NCBI GenBank assembly: GCA_043228905.1
Contig: JBHGNT010000011.1
Span: forward strand, 12,958,001-13,022,000
Direction of reading: 5' to 3'
DNA from: Azolla caroliniana
Taxonomy: Eukaryota > Plantae > Polypodiophyta
Length of the DNA: 64,000 bases
Position 1 is the first letter of the stretch; each line of letters opens with the position of its first letter. The notes beneath the pieces were generated by a model. That model searched no databases, was not told the origin of the DNA, and saw nothing but the letters and a program-made list of their open reading frames with translations. This document shows, in pieces, positions 22,635 through 34,166 of the stretch. Position numbers and translations under genes: made by a program.

Positions 22635-25405
22635 CTAAAAATCTCCTTGGTTGTCGCCGCCGAGGGTCTCGCGATTCCTCTCATGGTTCGGACGTACGAT
22701 CATGAATTGGACGGAATGCCGACCGTCTTGGCTCTTGACGTGCGCGTACGCCGAACCGTTGTCCAACACCTTCGTCTCCATGCGTGCTGCCGTGATGTAC
22801 AGTTCGCCGAGAATCACCGGGTGCGAGGATGTTTCCTGCATGAAGTAATGTTGATCTATCTCGACGTCACCGATCTTTACGTGTACATTCGTGCATGCAC
22901 CATGTAGCTCCTCCGTAGCACGCGTCGTCGCGCGTATCTTCCACCCATGCTTGGTGTTGATCGGCCATTTACCCTTCTTGTAGAAATCCATGGACATCAG
23001 GTTGATTTCGGATCCATGGTCTACCAAGGCCACCACCGGTTCCGGAACGTCGCCAATCCGCACAGGGGTTTCCGTAGTTGCCCTGGCCCAATGCGGCTTT
23101 GCGTGGTGGCTTTCCGCCAACTCGTCTTCTAGGGCCGTGTCTTCTAAGTGCGTAGTCCGCACCTCCACCGGCTTCTCCTGTTCCGGCTCCGTCGAGAGCC
23201 TCTTCCGTTTCACCAAGTCTACGATGGAGTCGTGGAACTCCCTCTTGGCGATTCCCAGCACCTCCCGCAATGACAACTCCACTTTACTATCGAGGATCCT
23301 CTCTTCAAGGACCTTCTGTAGGTCCGTTGCTCTCTCGATTTCGGCGCTCAACCGAAACCCCGCCTGCTTCTTCCCATCCGGCGTGCCTGGGTTGCCGGCA
23401 CCGGTCGGTTTTGGTCCGAACCGGCTCTCATACCTCTGCGGGGGACCGACCCCTCTGGCCTTTCCTACCCATTTGTCTTCCACCAGAACCTCGTAGTTCT
23501 GGCAAACGGCTTCTATGAAGCCCGTTTTCTCTTCGACCGGATCGTCCCATCCAGTGACCTCCTGGACCCGCTGTTCCGCGCGGTCCGCCTCTTCCTTCTT
23601 CAGCCGAACTCTGGAGAGGCCTTCTAGCACTAGCGGCCAGAATCCGGAGTCCTTCGCCTTCCGGGTCTCATCACCCCTGACCCGAATTCCCGCTGACACT
23701 AAGTAGTTAACGACTTCTACATGCCGTGCTACGGCCTCTTCCATCAACCTCTTCATTCTGCCGCGCCCCGTATTCATTTCTAGGGCTCTCCAGGTCTCGC
23801 TTGCGTGCACCTGCCCGTTCCAGAGGTACACCACGTTGGTCTTCAGTGCGTTGGCAAAATCCACGCAATCCTTCCGAATGTGTCCGATCGCGTCACACCA
23901 CATGCACTGCTGCCCAGCCGGCGGCCTTCGGTCGCGAGGTTGTTCGCCGTTGTCTCTCCGAGCCTGTGCGATCTGCAGGTCGCACACCATCTGTGTCAGC
24001 TCCTTCAGAGACGCTCCTCTGGATGGGCCTTTGACCACGTTGTTTGATGCCGACCCCGACTCCAGCCAAATTCGGGTCTCTTCCTTCCTTCCAGTTGGCA
24101 CTGATACTAGCTCCTTGAGCCTCCTCGCCGGAACCGGTCCTGACTCCGATGAGCTTTCGTCGCTCCACTCGCGCCGTTTGTCGAAACGGCTGCAGACCCG
24201 TTTTACCACGGCCTAGTCTACCGTGAGCCCTTCGTCCGTCTCCAATAGGGGACCCACCTTTTCCCTATTGAGCGCGTCCACCGACTTGACAAACAGTAGT
24301 ACTCGACTCGTTTCGAGCACGGTCCAGTCCAGCGTCGACAGCCGTACGAATCATTTTTCGAAATCCTGGAGGAGCGCTGACGTGTTCCTCCCTTTTCCAG
24401 GGCTTTCCACCCATGCCATGAAGTCCCGCTTTGACAACCGAAGCGAGTCATCAAACCCGTACTTCTCGAGGAGCTGCAGCTCGAACTCCTCCCAAGTCTG
24501 GCATCCAGCTAGCACCTCGAGGACCTGCCGAGGGAATCCGGACAACCGCTTGTCAACCGGGATATCCCTGATGATCATTTCGGCCCAGTAAGCCTCCAAA
24601 CAACTTGTGGGATTCTTCCCACCGAATCAGCCTATGCTGCTGACGATCGATTCAATGGCTATGTCGAGGGTACCCGTCCCCTCGCGAGCGCTCACCAGCC
24701 GGTCGACGGTTACCCTGACTCTAGCCAAATTCGGGGCTCTTCCTTCCTTCCAGCTGGCATCGATACCGGCTCCTCGAGGCTCATCGCCGGGACCGGTCCT
24801 TATTCCGATGAGCTTTCGTCGCTCCACTGGCGCCGTTTGTTAAAATGGTTGCAGACCCGTTTTACCACGACCCAGTCTGCCGTGAGCCCTTCGTTCGTCT
24901 CCAATAGGGGACCCACCTTTTCCCTGTTGAGCGCGTCCACCGAATTGACAAACAGTAGTACTCGGCTCGTTTCGAGCACGGTCCGGTCCAGCGTCGACAG
25001 CCGTGTGAATCGTTTTTCGAACTCCTGGAGGAGCGTCGACGTGTTCCTCCCTTTTCCGGGGCTTTCCACCCACGCCATGAAGTCCCGCTTCGACAGCCGA
25101 AGCGAGTCATCAAACCCATACTTCTCGAGGAGCTGCAGCTCGAACTCCTCCCAAGTCTGGCATCCAGCCAACACCTCGAGGACCTCTCGAGGGAATCCGG
25201 ATAGCCGCCTGTCCACCGGGATATCCCTCATGATCATTTCAGCCCGGTAAGCCTCCAAATAACTTGTGGGATTCTTCCCACCGAATCGGCCTATGTTGCC
25301 AACGATCGATTCAATGGCTCTGTCGAGGGTACCCATCCCCTCGCGAGCACTCACCAGCCGGTCGACGGCTACCGCCATTGCCTCTGCTAGCTCCGATCCC
25401 CTCAT
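22635..25405 (-). pseudogene. gag: Gypsy D gag-protease with an internal 659-bp tandem duplication
   Basis: MRGSELAEA..., CMWCDAIGHIRKDC, ALVDHGSEIN, ends GDF*. Confidence 0.9.
24053..25373. repeat. 659-bp tandem duplication in D gag
   Basis: 24053-24711 matches 24712-25373 at a constant 659-bp offset. Confidence 0.88.
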
Positions 25406-25427
25406 CTTCCGACTCCTTTGCCGCCTG

Positions 25428-25445
25428 TTCACGTCGGGTTCACCA
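25428..25445 (-). promoter_or_regulatory. PBS (tRNA-Trp) of D
   Basis: TGGTGAACCCGACGTGAA on the minus strand, 4 nt from the LTR. Confidence 0.85.
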
Positions 25446-26104
25446 ATTATGTCGCGAAGTTTCACGTTCACGTGTAAGAAGAGGTGGGACTACGGGGGTC
25501 TTGGACCAAGGAGAGAGTGAGAGAGAGAGAGTTGCAGATACACAGAAAGAAAATAAGAGCAAGAAACAGGAATTCGATTACTATAATCAGTAGCTTACAA
25601 CTCGAACAGTGACAACCGGCAACCCGGTAATGGACCTGACACGGAGTCCTACTCACGCACACAGACGACAACCACTCGACTCGAAGAAACAAAAAGGGGG
25701 AGGGGGGAGAGCCTCTGTTGGAAGCACACGGGTTGTCCACGAAGCAGAGGCAGTGAACTCCTGACACCCACAGAGAACGATGATCAGAGGAGAGAGAGCT
25801 CGGCCCTCGGTTCTACAGCAACACTTTGTCCTCGCCAACGCGCGATCCCCTTTCTTCCTTCTCTCCCTCCTTAAGTAGTTCGCCAAGGGGAGACCCTCCT
25901 CCTCTAGTCAAATCGCTTTATACCCTGTCCCTTTCAACAAAGATACGCACAAATCTCCTAATAAATGTGTACTACCTAGTATTTACATCAGCCGACCTAA
26001 TTATGAAATATGCACAAAATATCAATTCTCGCGTCCACCCACGTAAGAGCCGGTTCATGCGCCTTTTTCTTCGATTCCGCCTATGGCCAGTTTTCTTCAC
26101 GACA

Positions 26105-27734
26105 CCGGGCTAGAGACTTCGGTAGTCGACCCGAGAGCCGACGTAAGACCAAGAAACTGACGATGACGATGAGGGGACGAGGGCAAAGGCAGTAATGGGG
26201 TGGTCCTACGACAATCCTCTCACCGATCCGGAGACTTCGGCGGCCGGTCTGAGAGCCGGCGTGATACCTAGAGAGATAGACGGTGGCGGCAGGTGAACGG
26301 GATCCCAAGATACGGCGTAGAAGTGCGGATGGGTAATCCTACGATGATCCTCTCACCAATCCGGAGACTCCGGTGGTGGGCCCGAGACCTAGAGAGAAGG
26401 ATGGTGGAGGCAAGCGAACGGGATCTAGCAGAAGGGCCGAAAAGGAGCGGAAGGAGGTATCAGGTTGGTGACGTGGCCACGAACCGAATGCGGACCCAGT
26501 CGGCAGGGTCGATAGGATGAAGAAGGACGCGCGCATGTAACACAGGTCGGTTACGAATAAATTTTCAAAGACGGAGAAGGATCCACCACACTTGTACCGG
26601 AGACCCTCGGCAGCTCAGTCGGGGTGGCGATGACTGGCATGGCAAATGTAAGCCCGAGGTGATAAGCAGGTGGGTGCGAGGGGACGAAGCAACGATGTGC
26701 GATGACGACGAACCCAACCAACGCGACGCGAAGATCGACAAAGGCCAAGCGGGCCACTACGGGTGTCCCGCGGACGGAGGACACCGAGCATACGACAGGA
26801 CGCGGAGTGTACATACGGTTGATCAAGGGCCACGGGATGAGCACGTGTACGAGAGAAGATCGCGGCAAACGACCCGTCGACAGGTCGATCGAGCCTACGG
26901 GGAGGCGAGCGTGGGGATGGAACCAGAGCCGACGGTTCGAACCGGCGGAGGCCAACATGGTAGCTGGGATGCGGATTACGGAAGACCGACTGCTCACTAT
27001 GGTTCGAATCTCTCAGCCTTCTTCAGATTTGGCACGTACTGGTGGACATGCGGTTTGGTGGGGGCGGATGTCGTGAAGATTCATGGCCATAGTGAGAAAA
27101 CCGGGCCTATTGGGAATATCAGCGGGGTGCGGCGTGAGCACTCACCCTTGTATACTCGTGTAAGATAATGGGGTGCGTTTATGGTGCCGAATAGGACTTA
27201 AGTTAGGACAGAGAATCCCATGTAATAACGAATTTATCCCACATTGTAATGTCCCTCCCTCCTTGGGCTATAAAAGGAAGGGAGGGGTCTCTTGTCAGGG
27301 GTTGCCCATTTTAATTTAGGAAGGGTATACCACTTAGGTCTAGGGTTTGGTAGTTTTCTTGGCCTTCATCTTATTCTTATTTTCTTAGGGTTTGTACTTT
27401 GGTCTTTTCACCCTATTTCGTTTTAGGGTTTCATTTTAGTCTTCTTCATTGTCTCGTGGGTTTGGTTCATTCTTGGGAGTGGATGTTAGTATTCCGTTTA
27501 GGTTCTTCTTCTTGTGAGAGTTCGTGCGAGTTAGGGTTTATGAGGTTTAGGGTTTCAGGTGTTACTCTCTCTTCTTCATGTGAGAGTTTGGTTTGGTTTG
27601 GGGGTTCCTACAATGGCGGCTTTAGGAATTCTGGGGGCAGCACTTGGTGATTCAGCTTCCTCTCCTCGATGGAGAGCGTTTCGTATGGCGGTCGGTTCGT
27701 ATGGGGAGCGTTTCGTATGGGTGGAGTGACCCGG
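26105..27734 (+). mobile_element. Gypsy-related element F: 3' internal region, PPT and partial 3' LTR, probably non-autonomous
   Basis: GGTTTGGTGGGGGCGGA then TGTCGTGAAG at 27069, as in G and J; TATA near 27268; no recognisable intact pol. Confidence 0.7.
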
Positions 27735-28409
27735 TGTCGTGAAGAAAACCGTCCCTAGGCGGAAACTGGGTATAACGTGCGTAAACCGGCCCTTACACAT
27801 GGGCACAAGTTTTGTTGTATAGTACGTAGATAGGTACAGGACGGTTGAGGTGAAATCCTAGGTAGCATGCATTCATTAGGGAGAAAATCGAGGCGTATCC
27901 CTATCCGAAAGGACAGGGAATAAACATGATGTAACGGGTGGTAACGACCTCCCTCCTTGGGCTATAAAGAGAGGGAGAGGTATTGTAAAAAGGGGAATCG
28001 CGTTTTGTGGAGGACGAAGTGTTGTCGGACTGGAACCGAGTTCTTCTCCTTTGTCTTCTCCATAGTCGTTTTGTGCAGGTTTTCGGGAGGCTGACTGTAC
28101 TCCACGGAACGCCCGAGTGCTTCCGTCAGAGTCTCCATCTCGCATTCTATGCGTGTGTGTGTGTGTAGGCATAAAGCCTATCACTCGCCGGCTTGCCGGT
28201 TGTAACTCCTCGATTTATATATATACATATACATTCGTTCAGTCTCCATCGTTCGGAGTTGTTTGCAACTCCTGTGAATCTGTGTTTCTGCGCGTGTGTG
28301 GAGTACATCAGTAGTTTCCTTCCCCTCTTCTCATTTAGTCAATTCTCGGTCCAAGGCCCCTGTGGTCCCGCCTTGTTCTCCGCGCATGCACGTAACAGCG
28401 CGACATATT

Positions 28410-28427
28410 TGGTGAACCCGACGTGAA
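28410..28427 (+). promoter_or_regulatory. PBS (tRNA-Trp) of G
   Basis: TGGTGAACCCGACGTGAA, complementary to the plant tRNA-Trp 3' end as recalled. Confidence 0.85.
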
Positions 28428-30208
28428 CAGGCGGCAGAGGAATAGAAAGATGAGAGGGTCGGATCTTGCAGAAGCCGTGGCTTCGGCTATGGATCGGATA
28501 GTGAGTGCGTGCGAAGGCACAAGCGCCCTCGATAGGGCTATTGAAGTAGAAGTCGGCACGATAGGTTGGTTTGGTGGGAAGGATGCCACGAGGTATTTGG
28601 AGGCTTACCGAGCCGAAATGGTGATGAGGGACATCCCGGAGGATAGGGGACTGGCCGGATTCCCTCGGGTGGCGATGCCGGACATCCACGCGGAGGTGCT
28701 TGAGGTACGGGCTGAGAGTCAGACCTGGGAAGAGTTTGAAGGTCGGCTCCTTGAAAAATACGGGCTTGATGACGCGCTTCGGCTATTGAAGCAGGACTTC
28801 ATGGAATGGGTGGAGACCCCCGAAAAGGGGAGAAACGCGTCAGTGCTCCTTCGGGAGTTTGAAGAACGCTTTGCACGTCTTTTGGCACTGGACCGGACTG
28901 TACTGGACACAAGTCATGTCCTATTGTTCGTTAGATCGGTGGACGTAAGGAACCGGGAGCAAGTGGGCTTCCTGCTGGAGACCGATGATGACCTAACAAC
29001 CGACTGGGCCGTAGTAAAGAGAGTCTGCGGCTATTTCGACAAACGGCATGAGTGGGTCGATAAAGGCTTGACGGGGGCGGGTTCTGTTGCGACAAGGAAG
29101 GTCGAGGCACCCACACTGATGCGAAGGGAAGAGACCCGAGACTGGCTCGAGACCGGCTCGACTTCGACCAGCATGGTCAAAGGCTCGTCTGGAGGAGCGG
29201 CTCTAGAGGAGCTGACTCAGATGGTGAGGGACCTCCAGATTGCACAAGCACGGAGGGACGACGGTGAACAAGTTCGTGACCGAAGGCCTCCGGTTGGGAA
29301 CCAGTGCTTGTGGTGCGATGCAGTCGGCCACACCCGAAAGGACTGCGAGAACTTCGCCAAAGTGATAAGAGCTAACGTGGTGTACCTATGGAACGGTTGG
29401 GTGCACGCTAGCGAGATCCTAAGGGCCCTGGATCTGAATGTCGGACGAGGGGGTATGGAACAACTGATGGAAGAAGCGGCGGCTCGCCACGTAGAGACTG
29501 TCCACTACTCGGCGTTGGCTGGAGTTCAGGTTGGAAGTGATGAAGTCCGGAAGATGAAGGAAGTCGAATTCTGGCCATTGATGCTGGAAGGCCTCGCCGG
29601 TGTACGACTGAGGAAAGAGGAAGCGGACCGCGCGGTGTCGCGTTGCTACGCGCGTGTGTGGAGAACGAGGCGGGACCACTGGGGTCCTGGACCGAGGACT
29701 AGGTGAGAAAAGGGAGAGAGAGAGAGACGCTCACACACGTATAGACAAAGAAGCGCACGGGGACGCGGCCCAACAACATAGGAGACACGAGTTGAGAACA
29801 CTAGCGTATGTATATAAATATGTGTATGTATTTGTATGTATGCAGACGACTCGAACGGTTACAACCGATCAGGTCGGCGAGACGGATGCCGGTGCCTGAT
29901 CACCCACGCACACAGGGGAGCAAAATGGAGATTCTGCCAGAAGCACACGGGTGTTCCACGGAGCAGGATCAGCCTCCTGAGAACCTATGCAAAAGAAAGC
30001 TATGGATAACGACAGAGAAGAAGAGTTCAGTCGCAGTCCGACAGCACTTCGTCCCCCCTAGGCCCCCCCCCCCCCCCCCGTTTCCCTCTCTTTTATAGCC
30101 CAAGGAGGGAGGCCGTTTCACCCGTTTACATCACATTAATTCTCTGTCCTTTCGGACAGAGATACTCCTCGATTTCCCCTATAGAATATTGCTACCTAGG
30201 GTTTGACT

Positions 30209-33200
30209 CCGCCGAAACGATACCCCAGAGCTCGCGTTTAACCTGGGCGTATCCTCGTTGTCGCTCGCTGAGGACCTTCGCGCCGTACCGGATCAGGAAA
30301 CGCATGCCGTCCTCGTCCTCTTGGTTGACGACCCATCCGATCCCAGTTGGACTCGTGTCTATCGTTACGTAAATTGGAGTGTCCTTTCCGTACACAGCCT
30401 TTCGGAGCGCCGGAGCTGCGGCAAGTGCTTCCTTCATCTTTCGGACAGACTCCGTATGCTCGTCTCTCCACTCGAATTTTCGCCCCTTTTCAGCAACCCG
30501 TATAACGGCTCCACGACGTGAGCGTAATGCGGGATCCATATGTGGTAGAACGTGCACGCTCCCAAGAACCTCCGAACCTCCATGACCGAGCTATAGTCGT
30601 CCTTCATCGCGGAGATGGCTTCTACCTTAGCCGGAGACGGTTTCCGGCCGAACGACCCGCATAGGTGTCCGACGACCATGATCTCTGATTGCCCGAAGGC
30701 CGATTTCCCCCCGGAGAAGGTGAGCCTCGCGCCCTCCAACCTCTACAACACCTTCTCGCAGTCATCGATGTGCGTCGCCACGAATTTCCGGCACCCGTCC
30801 GGTCCGATCGTCTCGTCCTTTTCCTCCACCGGGCATCCCTTGATTGGGACGTTGTCCAGAAACGGCATGGTGATTTCCGGGATACAATCCCTCAGCACCT
30901 TGGTCATTGCGTTCACCATGTGAGCCACCGAGTTTGTCCCTCCTTGTGGATAGGGTACACATCCGTACTAGGCCGAGAGGAGTTCGCATTGTCGCGATGT
31001 CTCTGCTCTCTATGGCTAGCCGAGTAGAGATCACCGCATATGTCCCTCCTTATCGTACCCCGAGTAGAGATCACCGACCGAGTAAATCGACCTTCCGGCG
31101 AAGGCCTCCGCGAACTCGTTTATTGTCGGTCCGATTCCTGCGTTTCGAATGGTCACCTTGTTGACCGGCTGCAGGTCTTGAATAAAGCGCAGCGTGCCGT
31201 CCTTCTTCGGCACGGTAAACCACCGATTCGAGTATGGGGCACTCGATGGTTCGAGGATGCCCATCTTGACCTTCTGCTTTAACAGCTCCATCAGCTTCGG
31301 GATGTGAGCTCTGGGTACTGGAATTGGTTTGAGACTCCACGGCACATGCGGTACCATGAATATCACCATCGGTTCCACGACTGTCGGGTCTACGCACCCG
31401 ATCTCCTCTGGTGAGAATGCGAAAGCCTTCCCGTGCCTTCCGAGCATTCCCCGAAAACGGTCCTCTTCCGCCAGCAGTAGGAAGCCGCCCCCAACTATTT
31501 TGAGCTCACGTAGTGTTATGTCGGTGAACGTGTGTCCTATGCGGGCCGGATTTCGTAAACTCGGGTCCGACACAACCCCCTTTATTCGCAACTCGTTGCC
31601 CTCCGGCAAGGGAGCCGTGACTGGCCTCACCTTCCGGTCCACAGTCTTGTACCTCGTGTCCACCCGGGTCGTCCGATCCGACTCGAGCCCTCTACTAAAG
31701 TCCGCGATGACTTCGTACATCCTTTCCGAACATATCGGAATCGTCCGGTCCTCTTTAAGGTCTCCTCCGACTACCTCTCACAGCTCCCCCAAGGTATCGT
31801 CGAAAGAGACCGCCTCCATGGCTCCGTTGATTTCCTCTCGAAGGCCAAGGATACCACATGCCCGAAGTCGCTCCTCCGCCCTTTTCTTCTTCCGGCCAAC
31901 AACGTCGACTATCGTACACCCTCCGTTGTCGGAGAACCAAAATCTCCTACTTATAGTACAGGTCTTCTTCGCTATTGTACACTTGTGGGGTTTTCCCGGA
32001 GTGTCCGGACTATCGCGGCCCCATGCCTTGATAGCCCTCTCTAAAAATCCTCTCGGCTTTCGCCCCCGAGGGTCTCGCGGTTCCACTCATGGCTCGGTCT
32101 CACCGTCAAGAACTGGACCGAGTGACGCCCATCCTGGCTCTTGACCCTTGCATAGGCCGAGCCGTTGTCTAGCACCTTGGTCTCCATCCGTGCTGCCGTG
32201 ATGTACGGTTCTCCTAGTATAACCGGATGTGAGGACGTCTCCTGCACGAAGAAGTGCTGGTCAATCTCGACATCGCCGATCTTTACTCGTACATTCGGGT
32301 AGGCTCCATGCAATTCTTCGGTGGCACACGTCGTTGCTCGTATTTTCCACCCGTGCTTGGTGTTGATCGGCCATTTCCCCTTTTGTAGAAGTCCATGGAC
32401 ATCAAATTGATTTCTGAACCGTGGTCCACCAACGCCACCACTGGTTCATGAACATCTCCGATCTTCACGGGGGTCTCCGCGGTCGCTCTGGCCCAGTGCG
32501 GCCTCGAATAGTGGCTCTCCACCAACTCGTCTTCCAGCGCCATGTCCTCTATGTGCGTCATCCGCACCTCCACCGGCTTCTCCGGTTCTGTCTCCGTCGA
32601 CAGCCTCTTCCTCTTCACCAAGTCTACGATGGAGTCGTGGAACTCTTTCTTGGCGATCCCGAGCACTTCCCTCAGCGACAGTTCCACCTTGTTGTCGAGG
32701 ATTCATTCTTCCAGGACCTTTCGCAGGTTCGTGGATCTTTCGATTTTCGTGCCCAGCCGGTACCTGCCCCTCTTGGGATTATCCTGGGCGCCGGTTACGT
32801 CGGCCTCATTCCGCCATTCCCCGAATCGAGTTTCATATCGTTGCGAGGGCCCGGCCCCTCCGGTTTTCCCTACCCGCTTGTCCTCCACCAGAGCCTTGTA
32901 GTTTTGACAAGCGTCTTTGACGAAGGCTGTCTTTTCTTCCACCGGGTCAGTCCACCCAGTTACCTCCCGGACCCGTTTTTCCGCGCGGTCCGACTCTTCT
33001 TTCCTTAGTCGTGTGCCGGCGAGGCCTTCTAGCATCGTCGGCCAGAACCCGGCTTTGTTCGTCTTCGGGGCCTCGCCACTTCCGACCCAAATACCAGCTA
33101 ACGCCGAGTAGCGGACGGTCTCCGCGTGACAAGCCGCCGCCTCCTCCATTAGCCTTTTCATACCCCCTCGCCCGACGTTCAGGTTCAGGGCCCTTTGGGT

Positions 33201-34166
33201 CTCGCTGGCGTGCACTCGACCGTTCCACAGGTACACCACGTTGCTTCTCATCGCCTCGGCAAAGTCCCCGCAGTCCTTCCGGATGTGGCCAACCGCGTCA
33301 CACCACATGCACCTGTTTTCAGCTAGAGGTCGTCAGTCACGAGCCTGTTCGCCACTATCCCTCCGTGCCTGGGCGATCTGGAGATCCTTTACCATCCGCG
33401 TCAGTTCCTCCAGAGCTGCTCCCCCGGTCGAGCCCTTGACCATGCCGGTCGAAGCCAATCCGGTCTCGAGCCAACCTCGGGTCTCTTCCCTTCACGTTGG
33501 TGGTGTTGGCTCGAGCTTCCTTGCTGCGACAGAGCCCGCTCCTGTCAATCCTTTGTCAACCCATTCCCGCCGTTTGTCGAAACGGCCACAGACCCTCTTC
33601 ACCACGGCCCAGTCGGCCGTCAGCCCGTCATCAGTCTCCAACAGGAGGCCTACTTGCTCCCGATCCCGCTCGTCAACTGACTTAACAAACAATAGGACAC
33701 GACTTGTGTCTAGAATGGTCCGGTCAAGCACCGAGCAGCGCGCGAAGCGTTCCTCAAAGTCCCGGAGGAGCACCGACGCGTTCCTTCCTTTGTCGGGGGT
33801 CTCCACCCACTCCATGAAGTCCCGCTTCGAAAGTCGAAGCGCATCTTCAAGCCTGTATTTTTCGAGGAGCCGACCTTCGAACTCCTCCCAGGTCCGGCTC
33901 TCGGCGCGTACCTCGAGCACCTCCGTATGGATACCTGGCATCGCCACTCAAGGGAATCCGGCTAGACACCTCTCTTCCAGAATGTCCCTCATTACCATCT
34001 CAGCCCGGTAGGATGCCAAGTAGCTCGTGGCATCCTTCCCACTAAACCGGCTTATCGTACCGACAACCGCCTCGATAGCCCTATCAAGGGCGCCGGTGCC
34101 TTCGCGCGCACTCACTATACGGTCCACAGCCGAAGCCATGGCTTCTGCAAGGTCCGACCCCCTCAT
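30209..34166 (-). pseudogene. gag-pol: Gypsy H gag-PR and RT-RNase H remnants
   Basis: MRGSDLAEA, WCDAVGHIRKDC, DHGSEIN, DLYSGY, DTSPTGIG; several frameshifts. Confidence 0.88.
31983..32050 (-). promoter_or_regulatory. Putative -1 frameshift signal of H
   Basis: G GAT TTT TAG, GGGCTATC/GATAGTCC stem, TGGGG/CCCCA pairing; -1 frame open (ORF 31778-32086). Confidence 0.75.

Larger units (their letters stand above)
14312..22637 (-). pseudogene. pol: Gypsy D pol (RT, RNase H, integrase), interrupted by E
   Basis: DLYSGYDQ, LPQGGTN, FVDDIPIKG, VDTSPTGIG, ETDC, DRGE, YNPEANGKVER. Confidence 0.9.
14312..26104 (-). mobile_element. Ty3/gypsy element D (3' end lost; contains E)
   Basis: 5' LTR 25450-26104, tRNA-Trp PBS, order gag-PR-RT-RH-INT; cut inside integrase at 14312. 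Confidence 0.92.

Noticed and set aside
26659-27168. Possible env-like extra ORF before the F LTR
   Set aside because: No hydrophobic or transmembrane segment, non-ATG start, and it runs into the LTR
30063-30079. Poly-C tracts in H LTRs (also 34637-34652) as a G-quadruplex element
   Set aside because: Simple homopolymer, much shorter in related D, G and J LTRs, with no sign of conservation
31329-32144. Long antisense ORFs over gypsy and copia pol (also 33241, 53210, 6583)
   Set aside because: Expected shadows of GC-rich coding sequence; starts and stops are not conserved between copies
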